Shown here piece after piece: positions 1 through 13,080 of a DNA stretch of 64,000 nucleotides (positions within the stretch are counted from its first letter, which is position 1; every line of letters begins with the position of its first letter). This DNA is from Mobula hypostoma (Eukaryota), in assembly GCF_963921235.1 (NCBI RefSeq), contig NC_086108.1, forward strand, positions 15,686,001 through 15,750,000, in the 5' to 3' direction. Below the pieces are notes generated by a model. The model worked only from the letters and a program-made list of their open reading frames with translations, was not told the origin of the DNA and did not search any database. Position numbers and translations under genes: made by a program.

Positions 1-45
1 TTCTTTACCTTCTTCTTTACCACCCAATCTCATTGTGTTGCTACT

Positions 46-230
46 TGGATCTGGGTATTCTTGTAAATGAATCACAACAAATTAGTAGGTGGGTTGAACA
101 AATACTTAAAAAGGCAAACAGCATGTTGGTCTTTATTAAGAAGAGGCTGGAGTTTGTGAACAGGGAGGTTTTGTTACAATTACACAGGGTGTTACCTGGA
201 ATATTTTGCACTGTTTGAGCCCCATGTTCT
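46..230 (+). mobile_element. Degenerate CR1-type LINE ORF2 C-terminal fragment
   Basis: Translation DLGILV...KKANSMLVFIKK...REVLLQL resembles the CR1 ORF2 segment after the RT domain that is seen intact elsewhere in the window. Confidence 0.75.
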
Positions 231-239
231 AAAATATGA

Positions 240-3200
240 TATAGAACATAGAATACTACACCACAGTACAAGTCCTTCAGCCCACAATTCTGTGCTGACC
301 TTTTAACCTACTCTAAGGTCAATCTCCAGTTCTCTATCATCCATGTGCCAACTAAGAGTTTCTTAAATAACTCTAATGTATCTACCTCTACCAGCACCCC
401 TGGTGGAGGGCGTTCCACACACCACCATTCCCCATATAAAGAACTTACCTCTGTACTTACTTCCAATCACCTTAAAATTATGTCCCCTTGTAATAGCCAT
501 TTCTGCCCTAGAAAAAAGTCAGTCTATCCACTCAGTCTGTGCTTGTTATCATCTTGTACACCCCTATCAAGTTTTCCCTGGTCCTTCTTTGCTCCAAAGA
601 GAAAATCTTAGCCCATTCAACCTATATTCATAAGAAATAAAACAAATGAGCAGAAGTTGGCCATTTGGCCCATGGATTCTGCTCCACCATTTTATCATGA
701 GCTGATCCATTCTTCCATTTTGTCCCACTGCCCGGCCTTCTCACCATAACCTTTGATACCCTGGCTACTCAGATACCTATCAATCTTTGCCTTAAATACA
801 CCCAATGACTTGGCCTCCACTGCCGCCTGTGGCAACAAATTCCATAGATTCACCACCCTCTGGCTAAAAAAATGTCTTCGCATTTCTGTTCTGAATGGGC
901 GCCCTTCAATCCTTAAGTCAAGCCGTTTCGTACTAGACTCCCCCATCATGGGAAACAACTTTGCCACATCCACTCCGTCCATGCCTTTCAACATATAAAA
1001 TGTTTCTATGAGGTCCACCCTCATTCTTCTAAACTCCAAGGAATACAGTCCAAGAGCGGACAAACGTTCCTCATATGTTAACCCTCTCATTCCCGGAATC
1101 ATTCTAGTGAATCTTCTCTGTACCCTCTCCAACATCAGCACATCCCTTCTTAAATAAGGAGACCAAAACTGCCCACAGTACTCCAAGTAAGGTCTCACCA
1201 GCACCTAATAGAGCCTCAACATCACATCCCTGCTCCTATACTCTATTCCTCTAGAAATGAATGCCAACACTGTATTCACCGCTTTCACCACCGCCTCAAC
1301 TTGGAGGTTAACCTTAAGGGTATCCTGCACGAGGACTCCCAAGTCCCGTTGCATCTCAGAACTTTGAATTCTCTCCCCATTTAAATAATAGTCTGCTCAT
1401 TTGTTTCTTCTGCCAAAGTGCATAACCATACACTTTCAAACATTGTATTTCATTTGCCACTTCCTTGCCCATTCTTCCAATCTATCCAAGTCTCTCTGCA
1501 GACTCTCTGTTTCCTCAGCACTAAAGGCCCCTCCACCTATCTTTGTATCATCAGCAAACTTAGCCACAAAGCCATCTTTTCCATAATCCAATTCGTTGAT
1601 GTACAACGTAAAAAGAAGCGGCCCCAACACGGACCCCTGTGGAGCACCACTGGTAACTGGCAGCCAACCAGAATAGGATCCCTTTATTTCCAGTCTCTGT
1701 CCTGCCAATCAGCCAACACCCTATCCACGTATGTAACTTTCCCGTAATTCCATGGGCTCTTATCTTGTTAGTAGCCTCATGTGTGGCACCTTGTCAAAGG
1801 CCTTCTGAAAATCCAAATATACAACATCCACTGCATCTTCCTTGTCTAGCCTACTGGTAATTTCCTCAAAAAATTGTAATAGATTTGTCAAGGCAGGATT
1901 TTCCTTTTAGGAAACCATGCTGAGTTCTGCCTATCTTGTCATATGCCTGCAGGTACTCTGTAACCTCATCCTTGACAATCGACTCCAATAACTTCCCAAC
2001 CACCAATGTCAAGCTAACAGGTCTATAATTTCCATTTTGCTTCTTTGCCCCCTTCTTAAATAGTGGAGTGACATTTGCAAGCTTCCAGTCCTCCGGAACC
2101 ATGCCAGAATCTATCGACTTTTGAAAGATCATCGCTAATGCCTCCGCAATCTCCACAGCTACTTCCTTCAGAACATGAGGGTGCATTCCATCTGGTCCAG
2201 GAGATTTATCTACCTTTAGCCTATTCAGCTTCCTGAGTACTTTCTCTGTCGTAATTGTGGCTGCGCACACTTCTCTTCCCTGCCACCCTTGAGTGTCCGG
2301 TATACTGCTGATGTCTTCCTCAGTGAAGACTGATGCAAAATACTCGTTCAGTTCCTCCGCCAATTCCTTATCTCCCATTACAATTTCTCCAGCATCATTT
2401 TCTATCGGTCCTATATCTACTCTCACCTGTCTTTTACTCTTTATATACTTGAAAAAGCTTTTAGTATCCTCTTTGATATTATTTGCTAGCTTCCTTTCAT
2501 AGTTCATAGTTCATAGTTCATAGCTCTTAATGACCTTCTTAGTTTCCTTTTGTAAGCTTTTAAAAGCTTTTAAATACCCTCTAGTCCAAACAGCATCCTG
2601 GCAAATCTCTTCTGCATCTCTCCATTGCTTTCACATCCTTCCTACAATGAGACGACCAGAACTGAAGACAGTATTCCAAGTGTGATCTAATCAGGGTTTT
2701 ATAGAGCTGCAACGTTACCTCGTAGCAGTCAAACACAATCCCACAACAAATGAAAGCCAGTGCACCATACACCTCCTTAACAATCCTATCAACTTGCAAT
2801 GCAACTTTCAGGGATGTAGCCCCCAATCCCTCTGTTCCTCCACACTGCCGAGAATCCTGCCATATCACACATCCATGATCCTCTGTGTAAAAAAACTTAC
2901 CGCTGACATTCCCCCCACCCCCGTACATTCCTCCAATCACCATAAAATTATGTCCCCTTCTGTTAGTCATTTCTGCCTTTGGAAATCATCTCTATCTATC
3001 CACTTAATCTATGCCTTTTATAATCTTGTACACCATATCAACTCGCCTCTCATCCTTGTCGCTCCAAAGAGAAAGGTTCTAGCTCAACCTATCTTCATGG
3101 TCCATGCTCTCTAATCCAGGCAGCATCCTGGTAAATCTCCTCTGCACCCTCTCTAAAGCTTCCACATTCTTCCTATAATGAAGTGATCAGAACAGAACAC

Positions 3201-3240
3201 AAGTCTCCAAGACTAACCAGGGTTTTATAGAGCTGCAACA
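240..3240 (-). mobile_element. Older CR1 LINE 3' fragments (240-634 and 2577-~2870 form one copy split by an insertion; ~2880-3240 is a second similar 3' piece)
   Basis: An ATAGAACATAGAA tail lies at 240. The sequence at 634 resumes at 2577 as a continuous CR1 3' region. ORF 2581-2970 contains LQLYKTLIRSHLEYCLQFWS. Confidence 0.8.
640..2571 (-). mobile_element. Young 5'-truncated CR1 LINE (RT region, frameshifted) inserted into an older CR1, 5-bp TSD AAATA
   Basis: ORFs 1866-2507, 1436-1708 and 695-1204 carry KSPGPDG, NYRPVSLT, QGSVLGPLLF, FADD and LVRPYLEYC. AAATA occurs at 635-639 and 2572-2576. It is highly similar to the copy at 15941-18999. Confidence 0.95.
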
Positions 3241-3242
3241 TC

Positions 3243-3603
3243 AGAGGCTGAGGGAAGACCTAACAGGTTTTTTAAAAAATTCTGAGAGGAATAGACAGTC
3301 AGAATCTGTTCCCCAGTGTAGAAATGTCAAACACCAGAGGAAGTACTTTTAAGGTTAGAAGGAGAGTTTAATGGACATGTGAGGGACAATTTTTTTAATG
3401 CAGTTTGTGGTGGGTGCCTAGAAAAGGTTACTGGGGTGACAGTGGAAGTAGGCAGGCCAGTGGAGTTTAAGAGACTTTTCAAATATGAAGGGTATGGTAG
3501 GATATGGATGATACATAGGAGAATGGACATTTGTATAAATTGGCAATACCATCGGCCAAATGGCTTGTCCAGTGCTGTCCTGTTCCACGTTTTATGTTCT
3601 GTA
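3243..3603 (+). mobile_element. Degenerate CR1 3' end
   Basis: The order AGAGGCTGAGGGAAGACCTAA...TTTAAGGTTAGAAGG...TTATGTTCTGTA follows the CR1 3' layout. Confidence 0.75.
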
Positions 3604-3908
3604 CCTCCTGCCTGATGGTAGCTTGGAGAAGATGACATGGACCAGATGGTGGTTTTCTTTAATACTGGATGTGTTCTACATGAAGCAGCAATTCTTGTCG
3701 ATACTACCAATGTCGGGGAGGAATGCACCTGTAATGTAACAGGCAGAGTTCACTACACACTGCAATGTCTTATGCTCCTGTGTATTTTAATTGCCGTATC
3801 AGACCATAATGCAATCAGTAAGAATAACTTCAACAGTTACTCCCTGATTATAAAGGTTTTGTACATCTGTATCTTTTGTTCAAAATTTTAAATCTAAGCC
3901 ACCAATGA

Positions 3909-4362
3909 GGCAAACACGAGAAAATCTGCAGATGCTGGAAATTCAAGCAACACGCACAAAATGCTGGTGAACCAGGCAGACCAGGCAGCATCTGTAGGAA
4001 GAATTACAGTCAACGTTTCGGGTCGAGACCCTTTGTCAGGACTAACGGAAAAAAGAGAGAAGAAATTTGAAAGTGGGAGGGGGAGAGGGAGACCTGAAAT
4101 GATAGGAGAAGACAGGAGGGGGAGGGATGAAGCCAAGAGCTGGGAAGTTGATTGGCAAAAGGGATACAAGGCTGGAGAAGGGAGGGGATCATGGGACGGA
4201 AGGCCTTGGAAGAAAGAAAGGGGGAGGGGAGCACTAGAGAAAGATGGCGAACAGGCAAGGAGTTATTGTGAGAGGGAAAGGGGGATAAAAAATAAAACAA
4301 ACAAACAAATAAATAAATAGGGATGGAGTAAGAAGGGGAGGAGATTCTCTCTAGCCTCCTTG
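3909..4362 (-). mobile_element. Penelope-like element 3' end with pseudo-LTR and a mutated hammerhead
   Basis: It is near-identical to the 3' end of the Penelope element at 55156-55520. The minus strand at 4007-4045 reads CTGACAA-AGGGTCTCGACCC-GAAACGTTGAC. An imperfect TSD is TCTAAGCCAccaATGA (3893-3908) / TCTAAGCCAatcATGA (4363-4378). Confidence 0.85.
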
Positions 4363-4624
4363 TCTAAGCCAATCATGAACTCATTCAATTCTGTTAAACC
4401 TGTCAGCATCCTTAGCTGTAAAGAGAAGTGTTTTAACTTCCCCCACCTAAGCTGTAACAGATGAAATCCTCATCGCTTGAAATATTCCAGTAATTCCTCT
4501 GCATCTGACAAGGGTCTTCAGTTTCATTCTCACTTACATATTCACTCTGTCACATGCTCTCACTCACTCACATAAAACCTACTGCCATGTGCCTGAATGC
4601 TCAATTTCAATCTACTGCATTAAT

Positions 4625-5575
4625 CAGAATCAAAATCAGGTTTAATATCATCGGCATATGTTGTGAAATTTGTGAATTTAGCGGCAGCAATACAACACAA
4701 TACATGCTAATATAGAAAAAATAAGTAAATCAATCACAGTAAATATATATGTATATTAAATCAGTAAATTAAAAATAGTGCAAAAACAGAAATAATTAAA
4801 CTGAGGTAGTGTTCATGGGTTCAGTTGTCCATTTAGGAATCGAATGGCAAAGGGGAAGAAGCTGCTCATGAATCGCTGAGTGTGTGCCTTCAGGCTTCTG
4901 TACCTCCTTCCTGATGGTAACAATAAAAAGAGAGCATGCCCTAGGTGGTGTGGGTCCTTAATAATGGATGCCGTCTTTCTAGACACTGCTCCTTGAAGAT
5001 GTCTTGGACACTATGGAGGCTAGTGCCATGACTAATTTTACAACTTTCTGCAACTTACTTCGATTCTGTGCAGCAGCAGCAACCCCCCCACACACACACA
5101 CCAGACGAAAATGCAGCGAGTCAGAATGCTCTCCATAGTGCATTTGTAGAAGTTTTCAAATGTTTTAGGTTACGCACCCAATGTTGCCTCCAACCTCACT
5201 CGGAGTTATTTCTTTGCTCTTGAAATAGCCCTCCACCAATCATACCTGGTTTCCTTGTACAGACCTGGATTGCCAGACTTAAATGCGACAGACCTAGCCC
5301 TCAGCAGACGATGAACCTGCTGTCTGCTGAGGGCTAGTTTTTGTAGGCACACACCCATCCACACAGGTCGGTAACATCTCTGGCATACTCATCCAGATTT
5401 GAAGATGAATCCCTGAATACAGTCCAGTCCACCGATTCAAAGCAGTCCTGTAATTGCTCCTGTGCTTCCCTTGTCCATACCTTCTTGGTCCTCACTACTG
5501 GTGCTATATAGCCTTCAGTCTCTGCCTATAATTAGGGAGTAGAAAGAAGTACAGGCAGGTGATCAGACTTTCTGA
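4625..5575 (-). mobile_element. Rex1/Babar LINE fragments (3' end with (CTGATT)n-type tail, then an upstream ORF piece)
   Basis: A CAGAATCAAAATCAGGTTTAATATCA tail and CTTCTGTACCTCCTTCCTGATGG (LPSGRRYR on the minus strand) match the Rex1 copy at 8232-9660. Confidence 0.75.
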
Positions 5576-5804
5576 CTGTATGTTCACAAATTCTGTAGTT
5601 GAACGATGGAATTATTTATTTCACACAAAAAATAATGTTTAAGAGTATCCAAAGAAAGAAAACGAAGTACCATTTTGTACTGAAGTTTTGCCTGAGAACC
5701 TCTTCTCTGTAGTGAGGCAGTTTGTCTGTGTGCCTCCTAATAGTTGTGCTGCAAGTGCCCCCTAGTGATCAATACAGGAATTGTAAAGCAAATGATAATA
5801 TTTT

Positions 5805-6045
5805 AGCAACACACACAAAATGCTAGAGGAGCTCAGCAGGTCAGGCAGCATCTATGGAAATGAATAAACAGTTAATATTTTGAGCCGAGACCCTTCTTCA
5901 AGACTGAGAAGGAAGAGGAAAGATGCCAAAATAAAAAAGTGGAGAGAGGGGAAGGGTGGGAGGGGTCAAGGACTGGAGAAGAAGGAATTTGATAGAAGAG
6001 GAGAGTGGAAAAGGAAGGAGAAGGAGACCCAGGGGAAGTTGATAT
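5805..6045 (-). mobile_element. Older Penelope pseudo-LTR-related fragment
   Basis: GCAACACACACAAAATGCTAGAGGAGCTCAGCAGGTCAGGCAGCATCT followed by a degraded hammerhead region and a purine-rich tract. Confidence 0.7.
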
Positions 6046-6097
6046 TTAGTAGGTTTCAGTTTCTAACTCGTTATAGATTTGTTATATTACCATACCT

Positions 6098-6909
6098 TCC
6101 AGAAAGCTTCTGGTAAGATGGCGGCAAGTCCGATCACAGCCGCTTGTATGGGGTCAACCAAAAGTGTTATTGTCCTTTGTAATCATTTTTTATGATCATA
6201 AGACCCCGCTGAACATTAAGAATTTGAAGTTTTACAAGTCTATCTCTTCAATGGGTTGCTCATTGACAAAGAAAGTGAAGGAGCTGGTCTTGGTGCAGAT
6301 TGGACTGCTGCCTAAGATAGAGAGGTGTTAGAGGGGTCAGTGTGTGAAGACGGTGTGAAGTCTAACTGCAATTAATCATCTTTGCTGCTTTTCTTGTGAT
6401 CGCAAGACCCTGTTGGACATAGTTAATGTGGAATGCTGCAAACCTGATTCACTGATTTATTGGCGGACAGCAGGGGCAGACGGCAGTGGAGCTGCATGGT
6501 CTCGGTCTTAGTGAGGACTAGGCCTCAAGCCATAGTGTTGCTTGTTTACAGCGGCCAAGAGAGAGGCTTCAGAGTCTTTGAGTTCCGCTGGAGCCGGTGT
6601 GGCATGATGCCCAAGCTGGAGATCGTGCTGCTCCCCCAGTATTCGCTCAGCAGAAGACAAGCTTTATTGTGATTGACTGCAGACTGCTGCACTATTCATA
6701 GACTCAGGGTCTTGGACTATATATATTTTAGTGTGCCTATATTTTATATGTATATTCTCTCTTACATGTGCCATATCTGCCTTGTGCTATGTGTGGCTGT
6801 CGGCACTATGTTTTGCACCCTTGGTTCCAGAGTAACGCTGTTTCGTTTGGCTGTATTCAGTGGTATTCATGTATGGTTGAATGACAATTAGTCTTGAACT
6901 TGAACTTGA
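6098..6909 (+). mobile_element. Non-coding retroposon (~810 bp) with a YY1-type 5' motif and (CTTGAA)n tail
   Basis: AAGATGGCGGC lies at ~6115 and the CTTGAACTTGAACTTGAA tail ends at ~6910. It is flanked by ATTACCATACCT (6086-6097) / ATTGCCATATCT (6910-6921). No RT homology is visible. Confidence 0.6.
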
Positions 6910-7193
6910 ATTGCCATATCTGGTATTACATGCATTGGTAATTTAGTTGATTCTATAGTGTAGTACTCGGGATTACCTTTGAGCTTTTAGCTGTTTTAGA
7001 CAAGGTGATAAATCAAAGCCCCTTCTCTGTATCCTCAAGTTGTCATAAATACTCTGTACTATTTCAAAAAAGAAAGGACAAGGAAATTCTCTCTTTGCTA
7101 TCCTGGCCACATAAATTATTATAATATTATAAAATCAATTGCTTTATAATTTTATGAAAACTGGTTGCCATGTTATCTATCAGATGACAGGTA

Positions 7194-7330
7194 CAGGTGT
7201 CCCCCGCTTTTTGAATGTTCGCTTTACGAAACCTCACTGTTACGAAAGACCTACATTAGTACTCTGTTTTCGCTTTCAGAAGGTGTTTTCACTATTACGA
7301 AGAAAGGCAGCGCGCGATAAAAAATCAGCG
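7194..7330 (+). mobile_element. Truncated left end of the Tigger/pogo-like family
   Basis: TA|CAGGTGTCCCC...ACGAAAGACCTACATTAG matches the start of the element at 22425. Confidence 0.85.
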
Positions 7331-8231
7331 GGTTCCACGATGTGTCTTTGTTGTGGGGAAGAACGAATCTCAAAGTTGTATTCTGCATACATACTTTAAT
7401 AAACATATACTTTGAATCTTTTTTGAGTCTTTCCCCATCATTCTTTCTTATCTTAACATACCATTGAAAGCACTACACTTTCATCTATCCTATTTCTCCG
7501 TGGCTCACTGTTTGAATTTTGTCGGATAACTGTGCAGAATCAGAAACAGATGAGAATCAGTTTTATTATTACTTACATTTGCCATGAAATTTGTTGTTAT
7601 GCAGGAGCAGTGCAATACATAAAAATTATCATAAGTTACAATAAGAAATATTTAAAAATACATAAGTAGTGCAAAAGGAAAACAATATAGTCAGGTAGTG
7701 TTTATGTGTTCATGAAGAGTTCAGAAATCTGTTGGCAGAGGGGGAGAAGCTTTTCCTAAAATGTTGATTGTGCATTTCCAGCCTCCTGTTACTCCTCCCT
7801 AATAGTAATAATGAGAAGACGGCGTGACCTGAGTGGTGAGAGTGCTTAATAATGGATGCCACTTTCTTACCTTCTTGAAGCATTCTGCATGAGCCTTAGA
7901 TTGCTGATAATTTAAAGCTGCTGCAGAAATTAAAGCAGATGTTTTTGGCTCATGAACACTTTTTTTTCTCAGTAAGTTCAAGCAATATCACCAACGTTTT
8001 TCTTAATAGAGGAATAGATGGTCACCAGCTGTTAGTTAACTTTCTCTTCCCTGCATAATGACGGGATATTTTGAGGTGCATTTGCTTGTGAGCAGGATGA
8101 AAACACCAGGGAATATGGCACTAAAGTTAACAGAGAAAGTATTTGTGTATAATTGGAACAAGACATATTTGTTCTTATTCTCAAATCTTTCTGCAATTTA
8201 CTGTTTGTCTTCTCACTGCTGCGGGCACAAG

Positions 8232-9660
8232 TTCCCACTTCAAAAATACAACAATTATACCAGTGCCAAAGAAGAATAATGTGGGCTGCCTTAATGACTA
8301 TCACCCGGTAGCACTCACATTGACAGTGATTAAATGCTTTGAGAGGTTGATTATGACTAGACTGGGCCTCAGCAAGGACCTGGACCCATTGCAATTTGCC
8401 TATCGCCATAATAGGTCAACGGCAGACTCAATCTCAATGGCTCTCCACACGACCTTAGACCACCTAGACAACACAAACACCTACGTCAGGATGCTGTTCA
8501 TCAACTATAGCTCAGCATTTAATACCATCATTCCCACAATCCTGATTAAGAAGTTGCAGATTCTGGGCCTCTGTACCTCCCTCTGAATTGGATCCTCGAC
8601 TTCCTAACCGGAAGACCACAGTCTGTGTGGATTGGTGATAACATATTCTCCTCGCTGAGGATCAACACTGGCACACCTCAGGGGTGTGTGCTTAGCCCAC
8701 TGCTCTACTCTCTGTATACACATGACTGTGTGGCTAGGCACAGCTCAAATACCATTTACAAATTTGCTGACGATACAACCATTGTTGGTAGAATCTCAGG
8801 TGGTGACAAGAGGGTATACAGGAGTGAGGTATGCCAACTAGTGGAATGGGGCCACAGCAGCAATCTGGCACTCAATTACAGAAAGACGAAAGAGCTGATT
8901 GTGGACTTCAGGAAGGGTAAGACGAAGGAACACATGCCAATCCTCATAGAGGGATCAGAAGTGGAGAGAGTGAGCAGCTTCAAATTCCTGGGTGTCAAGA
9001 TCTCTGAGGATCTAACCTGGTCCCAACATATTGATGTAGTTATAAAGAAGGCAAGACAGCAGCTATACCTTATTAGGTGTAAGAAGCGATTTGGGGTGTC
9101 AACAAATATACTCAAAAACTTCTATAGTTGTACTGTGGAGAGCATTCTGACAGGCTGCATCACTGTCTGGTATGGAGGGGCACAGGACCGAAAGAAGCTG
9201 CAGAAGGTTGTAAATCTAGTCAGCTCCATCTTGGGCACTAGCCTACAAAGTACCCAGGACATCTTTAGGGAGCAGTGTCTCAGAAAGACAGCGTCCATTA
9301 TTGAGGACCTCCGGCACCCAGGGCATGTCCTTTTCTCACTGTTACCATCAGGTAGGAAGTATAGAAGCCTGAAGGCACACATTCAGCGATTCAGGAACAG
9401 CTTCCTCCCCTCTGCCATCTGACTTCCGAATGGACACTGAAGCTTTGGACACCACCACACTTTTTTTAATATACAGTATTTCTGCTTTTGCATATTTTAA
9501 AACTAATCAGTATATGTAATTGATTTTCTTGTTTATTTACTATTATGTTTTTTTAAATTTTTTTTTCTCTCTCTGCTAGATTATGTATTGCATTGAACTG
9601 CTGCTGCTAAGTTAACAAATTTCACGTCACATGCCAGTGATAATAAACCTGATTCTGATT
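8232..9660 (+). mobile_element. Young 5'-truncated Rex1/Babar LINE (RT domain, internal stop at ~8584)
   Basis: Motifs are [63 protein letters not shown] and [16 protein letters not shown] at 9642-9647 is followed by a CTGATTCTGATT tail. Confidence 0.93.
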
Positions 9661-9859
9661 GATCACTTGTTGTACCTGCACATTACCAGATCACCTTTGA
9701 CTCTGTCACCATTTAAAAAAAACAGTTTTTATATTTCAGACATTATATTCTACTTGCATGTCTTACCTTTTCACTGAGCCTCTGTATTTCCAAAGCTACT
9801 TTGCATCCTGTTCATGACAACAGCTAAGGCTCAACAAATGATGACACTTGACATTGGTG

Positions 9860-11190
9860 TCGTTGAAGTGAAGAAAGTTATCTGGATTTACAAAGGATCG
9901 GCTGGGTAAGTGGGCTGAGAATTAGCAAATGGAGTTCAATTAGCTAGGAGTACAAGTTTATGGCTCCCTGAAAGGTTGCAGGTAGATGGAGTACTGAAGG
10001 GTTTTTGGAAATTGGCTAATGAGTATAGAAGTTGGCGGGTTATGTTTCAATTGTTAAGGACGTTAGTGAGGCTGCATTTGGAATAGTGAGTTCAGTTTTA
10101 GTTGACCTGCTATTAAAGATACAATTATGCTGACTTTGACTTTGAAAGAGTGCAGAGGAGATTCACAAGAGTGCTGCTGGGCCTCAACAAACTGAGCTAC
10201 GGAGAGAACCGGTTGGCATTTTTTTCATTAGAGTTTAGGAAAATGAGGGTTTATAGTGTTTATAAAATTATGTGTGGCATAGATAAAGTGAATGCATAGT
10301 CTTTTTCCCAAAACTTGGGGAATCAAGAACTACATGGCATAGGTTTCAGGTCAGAAGGGAGAGATTTAATGGAAACATGAGGGCAATATTTTCACCCGAG
10401 AGTGGTCAGAATATGGAATGAGCTATCAGAGGAAGTGGTTGAAGCAGGTGCAGATCCTTCTAATACCTCATTAATCATAGACTCCCAGTAAGAAAATAAC
10501 ATATTTATTCCTACTCCTTTTTTGTGCACCAAGCACAACAGAATGTTATTTGGAATCCATATAACTATAATTTGATTAAATAACCTCTTGTATTACATCT
10601 TCCTGAAGGCTTTCTGAAAGACCAAATATACACCACATCCACTGATTCCTCTTTTCCTTCATTCTTGCTAGTTACAACTTCAGAAAATGTATGAAGTGCA
10701 GTTCTGGTCACTTCTGTACCAAGGATGTCACTAAGCTGGGAAGGATGCAGGAAAGATTCACAATGATGTTTACGGGACTGGAGAACTTGAGTTATAGGGA
10801 ACAGCTGGATAGACTTCCACTGTTTTTTCTGGAGCATAGGAAGCTGAGAGGTGACTTTATAGAGGTTCATTACCTCATGAGGGGTGAATGGTCTTGGTCT
10901 TTTTTCCAAGGGTAGGAGAGTCTTATACTAGCTATCATAGCCGTAAGGAGAGAGGGTAGTTAAAAGGGAATTAAAGAGCAAGTTTATCCACACAGAGGGC
11001 GGCGAGTGTGTAGAACAAGCTACCGAAGGATGTGGTAAAGTTGGGTACAATAACATAGTTTTAAAAGATATTTGAATAGGTTCATGGCTAGGAATGGTTT
11101 AGAGCAATATGTGTCAAACAGAGGCAAATGGGGCTAGCTTATGTAGACCATTTGATCAGCATGGACAAGTTGGTCCAAAAGGCCTGCTGC
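9860..11190 (+). mobile_element. Cluster of degenerate CR1 3' fragments
   Basis: Remnants include ERFTMMFTGLENLSYREQLDRL...LEHRKLRGD (10691-10915) and GAAAGAGTGCAGAGGAGATTCACAAG at ~10144. Confidence 0.7.
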
Positions 11191-13080
11191 CTTGTTTGAG
11201 TGCTTCCTGTGTGACTTTGTGTCACAAATTTGTGAGATATGAATTTCCTTTCATTCACCCTAATGGTTAATTTCCCTTCTACCATCTTCTTAATAATAAG
11301 TTTCAGACTTTTCCTGCTGCTGACATCAGATTAACTGGTTGGTAGTTCCCCATTTTCTTCCTCCCTTCATTTTTAAACAATGAGACTACATTTGCTCAGC
11401 TTCTGTCTGCTGAAGTCAATGTAGAATTGTAGAAATTGTAGAAATGGAAGCCAGAGCATCTACTATCTCTGCTATCATATCTTTCAAAATGACAGAATGC
11501 AGGTCATGAGGTCTTGGGGATTCATCATCTTTCAATCCCATTAATCCTTTTTTTAAAGTTTGGAAATTTAATTCAGCTCTTGATTGCCTCTATGCTTATC
11601 ATACTTAACCATTTTGGAGAGGTTATCTGTGTACTCTGTGAAGATAGACACAAAGTATTTTAGTTTTCTGCTAGTTTCTTATCCCTCAGTAAAATTTCTC
11701 TTGACTCAGCCAACAATAACTCATTTTCTTTTTACACATCTAAAGAACCTTTGATGGCGCAGAGAGAATGGGGGCTGCAAGATGCTCCTAAGTGCGTTTT
11801 CAAAAAAGAGTAATTAATGGGACTGAAAGATGATGAGCCCCATGGCCTGATGACCTGCATCCTGCCATTTTGGAAAAGGGATTTTACTTGTATACTCATC
11901 ATAATATAAGACCATAAGACATTGGTGCAGAATTAGGGTTATTTAACCCATTGAGTCTGCTCTGCCATTCAGTCATGGCTGATTCTTTTTTTCTCCTCCT
12001 CAACCCCATTTCCTGGATTCTCCCTCTATATATCATACATCATGAGGATCTTTATAATCCTCAGAACCTCTGTTTGATTTTAGCTTCCTAAACCTTAAAT
12101 ATGCTTCCTCTTTCTTCTTGGCTAAATTCACCACATCTCTCAAATTCCAAAGTTCCCTAACTTTGTCATCCTTGTTCTTCCTTCTTACTGGAACATACCG
12201 GAACTGTACTTTGTGCTGTTGGTCTTTAAACACCCTCCACGTGTTGGATGTGAACTTGCCCAAAAATATCTGTTCCCAATTAACTCTTCCTAGTTTCTAT
12301 TTAATAGTCTCGTAATTTCCCCTGCTTCAAATTAATGTTCTCCCACAAGGTACACACTTATCCTTATCCATAGTTATATTAGCTATAGTTGTATAAGAAG
12401 TCAGCAGGGGCAGTGGTGCGCAGACTGTCCCATTTCCCAACGAGACATTGGATTGTGTGTAATTAGGCACTTGGCGAAGACCAATAAAAAGAAGTTAGAT
12501 TTAAGCAGAGCAGCCATTGTGTGAGTGGGCCAGTATTAGAGACTTTGGCTCAACAGGCTTAGGCAAGAAGTGGGGAAGGCTGTAGGCAGATATTTTCATT
12601 AATTTTCTTTCTTTCTTATTGCATTGTTAGAGGGGATTCTAAATAGGATAGTGGAATGCTTCTCTTGTAGGATGTGGGAAGATAAGGAGACCTCCTTTGT
12701 CCCTGATGTTTACACCTGCAAGAAGTGCATCCAGCTTCTTACAAACTATGTTGAGCAATTGGAGCTGGAGCTGGAGTTGAATGAACTCCAGATCATTCGA
12801 GAAGCTGAGGGGTTGACGGACAGGGTATACAGGGAAGTAGTTACACCCAAGGTGCAGGATACAGGTAACTTGGTGACTATCAGACATGGGAAAGGGGATA
12901 GACAGCCAGTTCAGAGTACCCCTGTGGCTATTTCCTTCAATAACAGGTTACTGTTGGGTTGTGGGGGGTGGGATATGTCTTGCTGAGGAAAGCCACAGCA
13001 ATCAGCTTTCTAGTTTGGCTTTGTGGCTCAAAAGGGAAAGGGGAAGAAGAGGTGAACTGTAATGATAGGGGATTCACGGG

